From: a bacterium
GTDB taxonomy: Bacteria; UBA8248; JACPRG01; G963555815
Assembly: GCA_963555815.3 (NCBI GenBank)
Contig: CAUVWX020000001.1
Location: 768,001 to 832,000 of the forward strand
Reading direction: 5' to 3'
DNA length: 64,000 bases
This document shows positions 45,337 through 53,030 of the stretch, in pieces. How positions within the stretch are numbered: the stretch's first letter is position 1; the number at the start of each line of letters is the position of its first letter. Under the pieces are notes generated by a model. The model ran no database searches, had not been told where the DNA came from, and saw nothing but the letters and a program-made list of their open reading frames with translations. The translations under genes were made by a program, and so were the position numbers.

Positions 45337-45486
45337 TCATTTCTTCTTACGCCCTTTCCCGCCCTTTTTCGGCTTGTTTGGTGGTGGCTTCGCCTTCAAG
45401 AGGTCGCTGACCACCTCCTCAAAGGGCAAGCCCTCAAAGGAAAGAGGCCCCTTATCCCCCCTTTTGGATCTTTTCGTCTGAGCCAT
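45337..45486 (-). CDS. 49-aa basic passenger protein (not in the ORF track)
   Basis: MAQTKRSKRGDKGPLSFEGLPFEEVVSDLLKAKPPPNKPKKGGKGRKKK; GGGGA SD-like sequence upstream. Confidence 0.6.
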   Translation of the reverse strand: MAQTKRSKRGDKGPLSFEGLPFEEVVSDLLKAKPPPNKPKKGGKGRKKK

Positions 45487-45581
45487 CACACATCCCCCAA
45501 AAAAGCTATCAGTTTTTTCTTAACACAGGTTGATTAGACTACTAGTATTAGACTAGCCTTACAGTTCTGAAAGGGGGAACC

Positions 45582-46031
45582 ATGATTAGACTTTGGATAG
45601 GTGATGTGAAAGTTGAGTGCGACACCCCTGCGGAGGCCTCCGAAATTGTCCGGCTGGTGGGGTCTCAGAGGCAGAGGCGCTCTTCTCAGAGGTTTCCATC
45701 CGAACTTCTTCAGAATTTAGCAGCCGGGCTTTCATCTGCCCCTCCACATGGGCTTGAGGTTCCGTTTCTCCAGACAATCACAGCGTCTGGGAAAGGGGTC
45801 TCTTCGAAAGACCTCGCCTCAACGCTGGGAGTAAAAAAAACGACCGCTTTGGGCCCCATTTCCAGAGCCACAGAAAAGACGTTGAGGAGCATAGGGGAAG
45901 AGCCCCGGGATGTCTATGGGATTGACAGAGAAGGACAAGTCCCTTTATGGGTTCCTGGCCCTAGAGCAAAAGAGGCTTTGAGAAAGATGGAAGGATCTGA
46001 AGGAGATCAAATGCACAGACCCCAAAAGTAA
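45582..46031 (+). CDS. hypothetical IS passenger protein, possible helix-turn-helix
   Basis: 149-aa ORF with SD AAGGGGG; GVSSKDLASTLGV..TALGP is HTH-like. Confidence 0.6.
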   Translation: MIRLWIGDVKVECDTPAEASEIVRLVGSQRQRRSSQRFPSELLQNLAAGLSSAPPHGLEVPFLQTITASGKGVSSKDLASTLGVKKTTALGPISRATEKTLRSIGEEPRDVYGIDREGQVPLWVPGPRAKEALRKMEGSEGDQMHRPQK

Positions 46032-46102
46032 AACAGCCCCCGCCAGCTGATACTGGCGAGGGCTATTATACAGGAGAACCCCGGAGGGCCTCTCCCTTAC
46101 AC
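46030..46102 (-). ncRNA. putative small RNA 1 (promoter-hairpin-terminator unit)
   Basis: TTGACA (46137-46132)-N17-TAAAGT (46114-46109); terminator AGCCCTCGCCAG/CTGGCGGGGGCT-GTTTT pairs fully (one U-G) only on the minus strand. Confidence 0.55.
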
Positions 46103-46216
46103 ATATTCACTTTAGGCCCTCTCGGTCCTCCTGTCAAGGAGGCAATCGTGAGGGCCTTTCTGTTTATGTGGCCCGGACCCATCCGTGCACCAACCCTTTC
46201 CTAAAAACGGGTCGGT

Positions 46217-46305
46217 GCGCCAGTGGTGGAATCGGTAGACACGGCGGGTCTGGGACCCGCCATTTAGCGAGGATATGTTGGTTCGAATCCGGCCTAGCGC
46301 TCCCA
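46217..46305 (+). tRNA. non-canonical class II-like tRNA with anticodon TGG
   Basis: Acceptor GCGCCAG/CTAGCGC, D arm GTG-GAATCGGTAGA-CAC, anticodon arm GCGGG-TCTGGGA-CCCGC, 16-nt variable region, T arm GTTGG-TTCGAAT-CCGGC, then TCCCA. Confidence 0.7.
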
Positions 46306-46361
46306 CTCTATTTTTTCACTGGTCTTTTAGATAGTCAAATACATCAAGAGAGGTGGATGTT

Positions 46362-47279
46362 ATGGAAACCGACATCACCAAATTGGCCGAGTATTTCTCG
46401 GATGAGAAAAAGGCCATTGAGCTAATCGAAAGGCTCCGCTGGCCTGGGGGCCCTGTCTGCCCCCATTGTGAGTCGAAAAAAGCCTATCGGCTTCGAGTAA
46501 AGAGCTTAAGGCGGAAACTGTGGAAATGTGCCAAGTGCCGAAAACAGTTTTCGGTGATGGTGGGAACCATCTTTGAGGATTCCCATATACCCCTTAAAAA
46601 GTGGCTGGTGGCAATCTATCTTATGTGTTCCTCGAAGAAGGGCATTAGTGCTAATCAGCTTCATCGGAGCCTCAAGCTAACTTACAAATCTACCTGGTTC
46701 ATGTGCCATCGAATCAGATATGCCATGAGTCAGCCACTACTAGCAGACAAACTCAAAGGAATCATAGAGGCCGATGAGACCTACATTGGCGGAAAAGCGA
46801 GGGGGACGGTCGGACGAGGGGCAGACAAAAAGGTTCCGGTCCTGGCCCTAATTGAACGTGGCGGTAGGGCAAGGTCTTTTCTATTGCCTAATGTGGGCGG
46901 GGGGACAATCCGTTCCTTAATCAAAGGTCATGTAGAAATCGAGGCGGAGATTATGACAGACCAGTTTCCCTCCTACAAAGGGCTAGGCAAGCATTTTGCG
47001 GGCCACCATGTTGTTGAACACGGAAAGCAATATGTCCGAGGCATTGTGCACACCAACTTCGCTGAGAGCTATTTTAGCCTCCTCAAGCGGGGCATTATGG
47101 GCACCTTTCACCATGTCAGCGAAAAGCATCTGCCTTTCTACCTGGCCGAGTTTGACTTTAGGTGGAATGAGCGAGAACTTTTAGATGGAGACAGAACCGC
47201 AGAGGCCATCAAATGTATCGAGGGAAAAAGGTTGACCTATAAACAGCCAAGGAAAAGACAAAACAGGAAATCTTGGTAG
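46362..47279 (+). CDS. IS1595-family (ISXO2-like) DDE transposase
   Basis: Zn ribbon CPHC/CAKC, GTIFEDSHIPL, EADETYIGG, MTD, HTNFAESYFSLLKRG, YLAEFDFRWN. Confidence 0.95.
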   Translation: METDITKLAEYFSDEKKAIELIERLRWPGGPVCPHCESKKAYRLRVKSLRRKLWKCAKCRKQFSVMVGTIFEDSHIPLKKWLVAIYLMCSSKKGISANQLHRSLKLTYKSTWFMCHRIRYAMSQPLLADKLKGIIEADETYIGGKARGTVGRGADKKVPVLALIERGGRARSFLLPNVGGGTIRSLIKGHVEIEAEIMTDQFPSYKGLGKHFAGHHVVEHGKQYVRGIVHTNFAESYFSLLKRGIMGTFHHVSEKHLPFYLAEFDFRWNERELLDGDRTAEAIKCIEGKRLTYKQPRKRQNRKSW

Positions 47280-47314
47280 TGGGTCGTTTTGAGAGGTTCT
47301 AAGGACCAGGTGGG

Positions 47315-47350
47315 GCTTGCGAAATGTCAATTAATTGACATTTCGCAAGC
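47315..47350. repeat. perfect 36-bp palindrome
   Basis: GCTTGCGAAATGTCAATT|AATTGACATTTCGCAAGC. Confidence 0.95.
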
Positions 47351-47359
47351 TGGATGGGG

Positions 47360-47610
47360 TTATTTGAGGGACAGAAGGTGTTTTTTGGCGCAGTTTAAGT
47401 CAATTTAGAGATAGTTGATCATCTGTTTAATATGACCAATCTCAATTTCCGGATTTTCACTATTTCGTGGTCCCATTGGGAAACTCCGATATATTTTTCC
47501 ACCATAGCTTATCCAAATTCTATGCTCCTTTACCTGTCAGGTGTGTTCTGGCGCACATTCCTTTAGCATTTTTTGATTTTTCTTATACGAGCCGTGCCCC
47601 TGGTAGTCAC
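47360..47610 (-). pseudogene. decayed HicA-like toxin gene
   Basis: Reconstruction MTTRGTARIRKIKK/MLKECAPEHT*QVKEHRIWISYGGKIYRSFPMGPRNSENPEIEIGHIKQMINYL*IDLNCAKKHLLSLK; frameshift in the A-run 47569-47574, stops at 47537-47539 and 47405-47407; starts 3 nt after the stop of the upstream gene. Confidence 0.55.
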
Positions 47611-47613
47611 GGC

Positions 47614-48090
47614 TCAAGCAGCTAATGCTTTCTCTAGGTCTAAGATGTTGTTTTTTGCCGCCAGCTTTCCGACCCTTCTAATTTCAGGATAAGCAGATAA
47701 TTCAGCCTTCCGTCTAATCATTCCTTCGACCTGAATATCGCCGCTTCTAACCCTCTCGACAGCCTTCCACCATTTCTTGTCTGCATCCTTGGAGGTTTCC
47801 CCAACAAACCTGTGGACCTCTCTTTTAAAAGCGGAAAAATCTGCTGAACCCGCTGAAATATCAAACAAAACGGCTTTGAACGTTTGGAGGATTTGAAGAT
47901 AAGCCTCTCCCTCGTTCTTACCACTACCAGCGATGTCTCCTGGCTGAACGCCATACATCCAAACGTCTTCTTTTCCTTCCTGCACGGCAAGAACTCGCCC
48001 GCGAATATATACATCAACTAAAAACCCATTTCCTTCCACTTTTTCTCTAAAAGTCAAGAATAGTGGCAAATGGCCTCTGGCTGCAGCCAT
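47614..48090 (-). CDS. hypothetical protein, possible HicB-like antitoxin
   Basis: SD AGGAGG; beta-beta-beta-alpha pattern VWMYGVQPGDIAGSGKNEGEAY resembling HicB N-domains; coupled to the HicA-like remnant. Confidence 0.55.
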   Translation of the reverse strand: MAAARGHLPLFLTFREKVEGNGFLVDVYIRGRVLAVQEGKEDVWMYGVQPGDIAGSGKNEGEAYLQILQTFKAVLFDISAGSADFSAFKREVHRFVGETSKDADKKWWKAVERVRSGDIQVEGMIRRKAELSAYPEIRRVGKLAAKNNILDLEKALAA

Positions 48091-48223
48091 ACGCTACCTC
48101 CTTTTGGGTATTCTCGAATTTCCCAGAATAGCAATGAGTATATCTCTACCAACTATGGCTGTCAATGGTGCTTTTGTGGAGGGAATTTCATGGGGGCATG
48201 GCGGATTTCCTCCAAGTGGGGTC

Positions 48224-48322
48224 TTGACAAACCAACCCCTTTTCCGTAAATTCCCCTACGGTGAAGGAAATCTCTTAGTCTTTTGTGGCCGGAAACCGCT
48301 GGCGGGCGGTTCCGGCCTTTTT
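48224..48322 (+). ncRNA. putative small RNA 2 with its own promoter and intrinsic terminator
   Basis: TTGACA (48224-48229)-N17-TAAATT (48247-48252); ~60 nt later GGCCGGAAACCGC-loop-GCGGTTCCGGCC-TTTTT. Confidence 0.55.
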
Positions 48323-48535
48323 GCTATTAGGGCCGGATCCTCTGCTTCCTTCTACAACTCCTCGTTCACCAAATAAAATATAGCCTAGAATGGTGCGCCC
48401 GTCAATGGTTGTCCTTTTGGGTTTGTGAAAGGGATAATCGCCGTCGCCATAGGCGAAAATGTCACAAAAGTAAGGGTTTAGGCCCATATTGTGTGTTTCT
48501 CCACAGGGTTTTCCACAAGATGTGGAAATAACCCC

Positions 48536-50389
48536 CTACTGGCGCTTTTTAGGGGCCGGGGTTGTAGAGACTGGCCCGCGCTCTTTGGGCAGGGCTGGTT
48601 CCTGGCCTTTGTATTGTAGGTTATACAGACGGGCGTAGATCCCGCCCATCCGAAGAAGCTCCTCATGGGCCCCCACCTCTCGGACCTCCCCTCGGTGGAG
48701 GACGATGATCCGGTCGGACCGCTTGACCGTCGAAAGGCGGTGGGCGATGACCAGGGTGGTGGTCTTTCCAAAGAAACGACTAAGGGCCCTTTGGACATAA
48801 AATTCCGTAGAGGCGTCCAGGTTGGAGGTGGCCTCGTCGATGAGGAGGATCTGGGGCGAGCGAGCGACGGCCCGGGCCAGGGACAGGAGCTGTCGCTCAC
48901 CGGCCGAGAGGTTATAGCCGCGCTCACGGATGGGTTCCCCGTAGCCACCCGGAAACCTTCGGATGAATTCATCGACTCCGACGGCGGCGCCGACCGCCTC
49001 AAGATCCTCATCGGAGATGGACTCATCCCCCAGGCGGATGTTCCGGGCTACGTCCCCCGAAAAGAGAAAGATATCTTGCATGGCAAGGCCGATTTGCCGG
49101 CGGAGTTTTTGGGCGGGGATCTCCCGGATGTCTACCCCATCGAGGAGGATGCGGCCCCGCTGGATCTCGTAGAGACGGCTGAGAAGCTTGAAGAGGGTCG
49201 ATTTCCCAGCCCCCGTGGCCCCCACCAGTGCCACCGTCTCACCGGGTCCCACATGGAACGAAACGTCCCGAAGGACATCTTCCTTCCCGTCGTAAGAGAA
49301 CCAGACTCCCTCGAAGGAAATCCCGCTTTTGCCGTCCAAAGTCTGAACCTTCTTTGTGTCTCCCACCAGCGCGGGGTCAGAGGGTTCGTCGAGGAGCCCA
49401 AAAATCCGCTCCAGGGCCGCCATGGCGGCCTGCATGATGGTGTACTTCGCGCTCAGGTCCATCAGGGGGGCGAAGAATTTTGCGATATACTCGATGAAAG
49501 CCACGAGGACGCCGAAGGTGACAACCCCCCGGACGATCTCCCCTCCCCCGTAGAAGAGGATGACGGCCACCATGATGGCCCCAGTGACCTCGACGAGGGC
49601 GAAGAGGCCGCCGTCGAAGATAATCGACCGAAGGCACTGGCTTCGATAGCCCCGGTTGAGGCCCCGAAAATCCCGATAGGTTTCCTGTTCCTTTCGAAAG
49701 AGCTGGACCACATCGACCCCGCAGATCTGATCCTGAAAGAAGGCGTTCAACTGCGAGAGCCTGGCCCTTATCGCCCGGAAGGTGTCCCGCACCTTGGGGC
49801 GAAGCCAAAGGGTCACCGCCAGGATCACCGGGATAGCCGAAAAGGTGATGAGGGCGATACGAGGTTCCAGCCAGAGCATGGCCCCCATGATCCCCAGGAG
49901 GAGAAAGAGATCTCCCAAGATGGAGATGACTCCGGAGTTGAACATCTCCTCGACCCCTTCCACGTCCGACGTCACGCGAGTCAACAAACGGCCGACGGGG
50001 TTTCGGTCAAAGAAGGCCTGGGGGAGGTCCTGAATGTGTCCGAAGAGGGAGGATCTAAGGCGATGGGTCACCCGCTGCCCTAAGAGCTGGAGCCAGTAGG
50101 TCTGAGCGAAGCGGACCCCCGCCACGGCCACGATCGCCAACAGATAAATGAGCGCGAGAGGGCCGAGGCCGGCTCCGCGGCCCGGCGTGATGTGGTCATC
50201 AATGACAACCTTGAGGAGATAGGGAGGGACCAGCTGCACGAATGCCGCGACGGGGATGATAGCGAGGATGAGGGCCAGCAGGGGGCGGTGCCGCCACACG
50301 TATTCCTTGACCAGACGTTTTATCAGGTGGCCGTCGTAGGCGCGCCCATCCTGCTCCTCCTGTGAGATTTTCTCCCAGAGTCGAGCCAT
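48536..50389 (-). CDS. ABC exporter, TM+ATPase subunit (consensus site)
   Basis: 6 TM helices, GATGAGKS, LSAGERQ, LLIDEAT, IAHRLST. Confidence 0.93.
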   Translation of the reverse strand: MARLWEKISQEEQDGRAYDGHLIKRLVKEYVWRHRPLLALILAIIPVAAFVQLVPPYLLKVVIDDHITPGRGAGLGPLALIYLLAIVAVAGVRFAQTYWLQLLGQRVTHRLRSSLFGHIQDLPQAFFDRNPVGRLLTRVTSDVEGVEEMFNSGVISILGDLFLLLGIMGAMLWLEPRIALITFSAIPVILAVTLWLRPKVRDTFRAIRARLSQLNAFFQDQICGVDVVQLFRKEQETYRDFRGLNRGYRSQCLRSIIFDGGLFALVEVTGAIMVAVILFYGGGEIVRGVVTFGVLVAFIEYIAKFFAPLMDLSAKYTIMQAAMAALERIFGLLDEPSDPALVGDTKKVQTLDGKSGISFEGVWFSYDGKEDVLRDVSFHVGPGETVALVGATGAGKSTLFKLLSRLYEIQRGRILLDGVDIREIPAQKLRRQIGLAMQDIFLFSGDVARNIRLGDESISDEDLEAVGAAVGVDEFIRRFPGGYGEPIRERGYNLSAGERQLLSLARAVARSPQILLIDEATSNLDASTEFYVQRALSRFFGKTTTLVIAHRLSTVKRSDRIIVLHRGEVREVGAHEELLRMGGIYARLYNLQYKGQEPALPKERGPVSTTPAPKKRQ

Positions 50390-52129
50390 TCAGAGGACCT
50401 CCAACTCCGCCAGCAGACGCTGACGCTCAAAGAGTTCAGCGTAGAGTCCCCCTTTGGCCAAGAGGACGTCGTGAGTCCCTTCCTCCTCCACTCTTCCGTC
50501 TTTGAGGACGATGATTCGGTCCATCTCCCGCATGGCCGTGAGGTTGTGGGAGATGAAGAGGGTGGTCAGGCCCCGGCCATGGCGCCGAAGCTCGGCAAGG
50601 AGGCCGACGGCGGTGCTGGAGTCCAGGTTGGAGAGGCCGTCGTCCATGATGAGAATGCTGTGGCGGCCAATGATTCCCCGGGCGATGGTGGTCCGCTGCC
50701 GTTGTCCAGTGGAGAGTGTGATCCCCCGCTCACCCAGTATTGTGTCGAATCCCTGCGGGAATCGTTCAACCTCTCTGGCGAAATAGGCTTGGTCGGCCGC
50801 TTCCCGAATGTCGGAAAAGGGGGGGTCCTCATCCCCGAAAGCGATGTTCTGAGAAATGGTCCTCGAGAAGAGAAATGTCTCCTGGGGGATGAAGCCGATC
50901 CCCTCCCGAAGCACCCTGAGGGGGATCTGGTGGATCTCAATCCCGTCGAGGAAGATGTGGTCCTTGGGAACTGCAAGGAGGCGGGGAAGAAGACGAACCA
51001 GTGTGGACTTCCCAGAGCCCACCGGCCCCACGAGGGCAACCCATTCGCCCGGCCGGATGTGAAGGTTGACCCCCTTCAGGATCGGTCCTGCGCCGTCATA
51101 GGCGTAGTGCAGGTCTCGAATCTCGATCTCCCCCTTGAGGTGCCGGGCGGGGGCAGAGGCGAGAGACCCACTCGCATCGGAGACGTCGGGCATTTCGCCG
51201 AGGATCCCCTGGAGGCGCCTCCAGGCCGTCAGACCTCTCTGAAAGAGGTTCAAGATCCAGCCAAGGGCTGTGGTGGGCCAAAGGAGCATGGCGAGATAGC
51301 TGTTGAAGGCGACAAAGGCTCCAAGGGTCATCTCGCCCGAAATGACCTTGAGTCCCCCGGCCCACAGGACGATGAGGCCCCCGATCCCTCCCATCAGGGA
51401 CATGAGGCCAAAGAGGTAGCTCCTCCCACGGGCGTGGATGGAGTTGATGCGAAGGTAGCGGTCATTGAGTTGGTCGAACTGACGCCTTTCGGCCTCTTCC
51501 TGGACAAAGGCCTTGACCACCATCATCCCGCTCAGGTTCTCTTGGACCTGTGTGCTGATAGCGCCGAGGGTCTCCTGGGTTTTCTGGGAGAGAGTGTGAA
51601 GTCGGGCAAAGAGTCCCCGCATCCCCACGAACCAAAGGGGATAGAGGATCAGGGCGTAGAGGGTCAGGCGGGGGCTCAGAAGGACCATGGCCGAGACGAC
51701 AAAGGCAAAGACGACGACGGTATTGAGGCCGTTGGTCAGCCCCGGGCCCAGGAGCATCCGGACGTCATTCAGGTCGTGCGTCGCCCGGGACATGATCTCC
51801 CCCGTCGGCGTCCGAAGATAAAAAGTTCTGGAGAGACCCTGGAGATGGCGAAAGAGGAGGTTTCGAAGGTCATACTCCACGCGGCGGCTCGTCCCCAGGA
51901 GGAGCCAGCGCGAATAGATCCTGGTGAGCCCGCGACCCAGGGCGGCGGCGGCCATGAGCCCTGCTGGGAGGAGAAGATGTGCCGCCCCAGGGGACTCCTT
52001 TAGGGCTTCAATGGCCCCTTTGAGGAGCCATGGGATGAGGATTCCAAGAGCGCTGGAGACAAGGAGGAGAAAGAACCCTGCCGAGAGATTTAGGCGGTAC
52101 TTCCACAGAAAGGGCCAGAGCTTTCGCAT
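50390..52129 (-). CDS. ABC exporter, TM+ATPase subunit (degenerate site; heterodimer partner)
   Basis: GPVGSGKS, LSTGQRQ, Walker B ILIMDD lacking the catalytic Glu. Confidence 0.92.
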   Translation of the reverse strand: MRKLWPFLWKYRLNLSAGFFLLLVSSALGILIPWLLKGAIEALKESPGAAHLLLPAGLMAAAALGRGLTRIYSRWLLLGTSRRVEYDLRNLLFRHLQGLSRTFYLRTPTGEIMSRATHDLNDVRMLLGPGLTNGLNTVVVFAFVVSAMVLLSPRLTLYALILYPLWFVGMRGLFARLHTLSQKTQETLGAISTQVQENLSGMMVVKAFVQEEAERRQFDQLNDRYLRINSIHARGRSYLFGLMSLMGGIGGLIVLWAGGLKVISGEMTLGAFVAFNSYLAMLLWPTTALGWILNLFQRGLTAWRRLQGILGEMPDVSDASGSLASAPARHLKGEIEIRDLHYAYDGAGPILKGVNLHIRPGEWVALVGPVGSGKSTLVRLLPRLLAVPKDHIFLDGIEIHQIPLRVLREGIGFIPQETFLFSRTISQNIAFGDEDPPFSDIREAADQAYFAREVERFPQGFDTILGERGITLSTGQRQRTTIARGIIGRHSILIMDDGLSNLDSSTAVGLLAELRRHGRGLTTLFISHNLTAMREMDRIIVLKDGRVEEEGTHDVLLAKGGLYAELFERQRLLAELEVL

Positions 52130-52194
52130 CTCAGTCCAGAGTTTTGAGGGGCTGTCACCGGGGCAAAAGAATAACCGATCCCCGGAACCCCTGC

Positions 52195-52893
52195 CTATTT
52201 GGGGGACGTCCAGTGTTTGACGGCGTCCAGCACTTCACGGGTTTTTTCCTCCGGGTCTCTAGAGCTTAAGATAAAAGAGATCAACGCGACACCGTAGGCC
52301 CCGACGTCGAGGGCCCCCGCTGCATTTCCTGCTGTCACGCCTCCAAGGGCGAAAACTGGGATTTCTATCTTTTTGCACACCCCCTCGAGTCCTTCCAAGC
52401 CAAGGAGGTTCGGAGACGAAACTGTCTCTGGGGGAGAGGTGGTCCCCTGTGGCGGAGGGTTTTTGCCGTACTTCCGGCCCGGGAAGATGGGGCTCAGGGT
52501 CACGAAGTCCGCCCCCATGGCCTGGACCATTCGAGCCTCCTCGACACTGTGGGCAGAGTAGCCGATGAGCGCCCTGTTGCCCAGGATGGCCCGGGCGTTT
52601 TGAACGGGGAGCCCGGCCTTTCCCAGATGGACCCCCGCCGCCCCAACAGCGGTCGCCGCATCTACACAGTCGTTGATGAGAAGACGGCCCTGATAGCTGT
52701 CGACCAAGGCCTTGACGGACTCTGCAAGCCGGTAGATCTCTCCTCCCAAAAGATCCTTCTCCCGGAGCTGGATGAGGTCTGCCCCTCCTCGAAGGGCCCC
52801 CTCCAGGGCCGAAAGCAGGTCCCCCCCGGGGACAAGAGCCCGCTCCGTGATGAGATAAAGTCGGCCCAGGGGTTTCTTTTTCTTTCGCATCAA
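52195..52893 (-). CDS. thiE: thiamine phosphate synthase
   Basis: QLREKD, LLIND, GVHLG, GYSAHS, ALGG; downstream of thiG. Confidence 0.88.
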   Translation of the reverse strand: MMRKKKKPLGRLYLITERALVPGGDLLSALEGALRGGADLIQLREKDLLGGEIYRLAESVKALVDSYQGRLLINDCVDAATAVGAAGVHLGKAGLPVQNARAILGNRALIGYSAHSVEEARMVQAMGADFVTLSPIFPGRKYGKNPPPQGTTSPPETVSSPNLLGLEGLEGVCKKIEIPVFALGGVTAGNAAGALDVGAYGVALISFILSSRDPEEKTREVLDAVKHWTSPK

Positions 52894-53030
52894 GGTGCCT
52901 TGGAAGACAGGAAAGGAGGCTTAAATGAAAAATGTTCTTTGAAGATCTGCCCGCAGACTTACATGACGCTTATCGCCCTGGGGTAACCCTTTAGACTTTA
53001 AAGAAAGAGGGCCGACGGCTTCTTTCGGGC

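Larger units (their letters stand above)
45276..48442 (+). mobile_element. complete IS1595-family element with passenger genes (3167 bp)
   Basis: TIRs GGCGATTATatagttaACAAACCCA (45276-45300) and GGCGATTATccctttcACAAACCCA (reverse complement of 48418-48442); 8-bp direct repeats GTCGCCAT at 45268-45275 and 48443-48450; visibly AT-richer than the flanks; contains a transposase. Confidence 0.95.

Noticed and set aside
46217..46305. tRNA-like sequence as a phage/ICE attachment site
   Set aside because: No duplicated tRNA 3' end and no integrase; it lies inside IS boundaries defined by TIRs and a target duplication.
52400..52470. Pro/Ser-rich insertion in ThiE (and a similar loop in KdsB at ~41260-41320) as a mobile palindromic element
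   Set aside because: Only weak short hairpins, and no similarity to the 18-bp repeat family or to each other.
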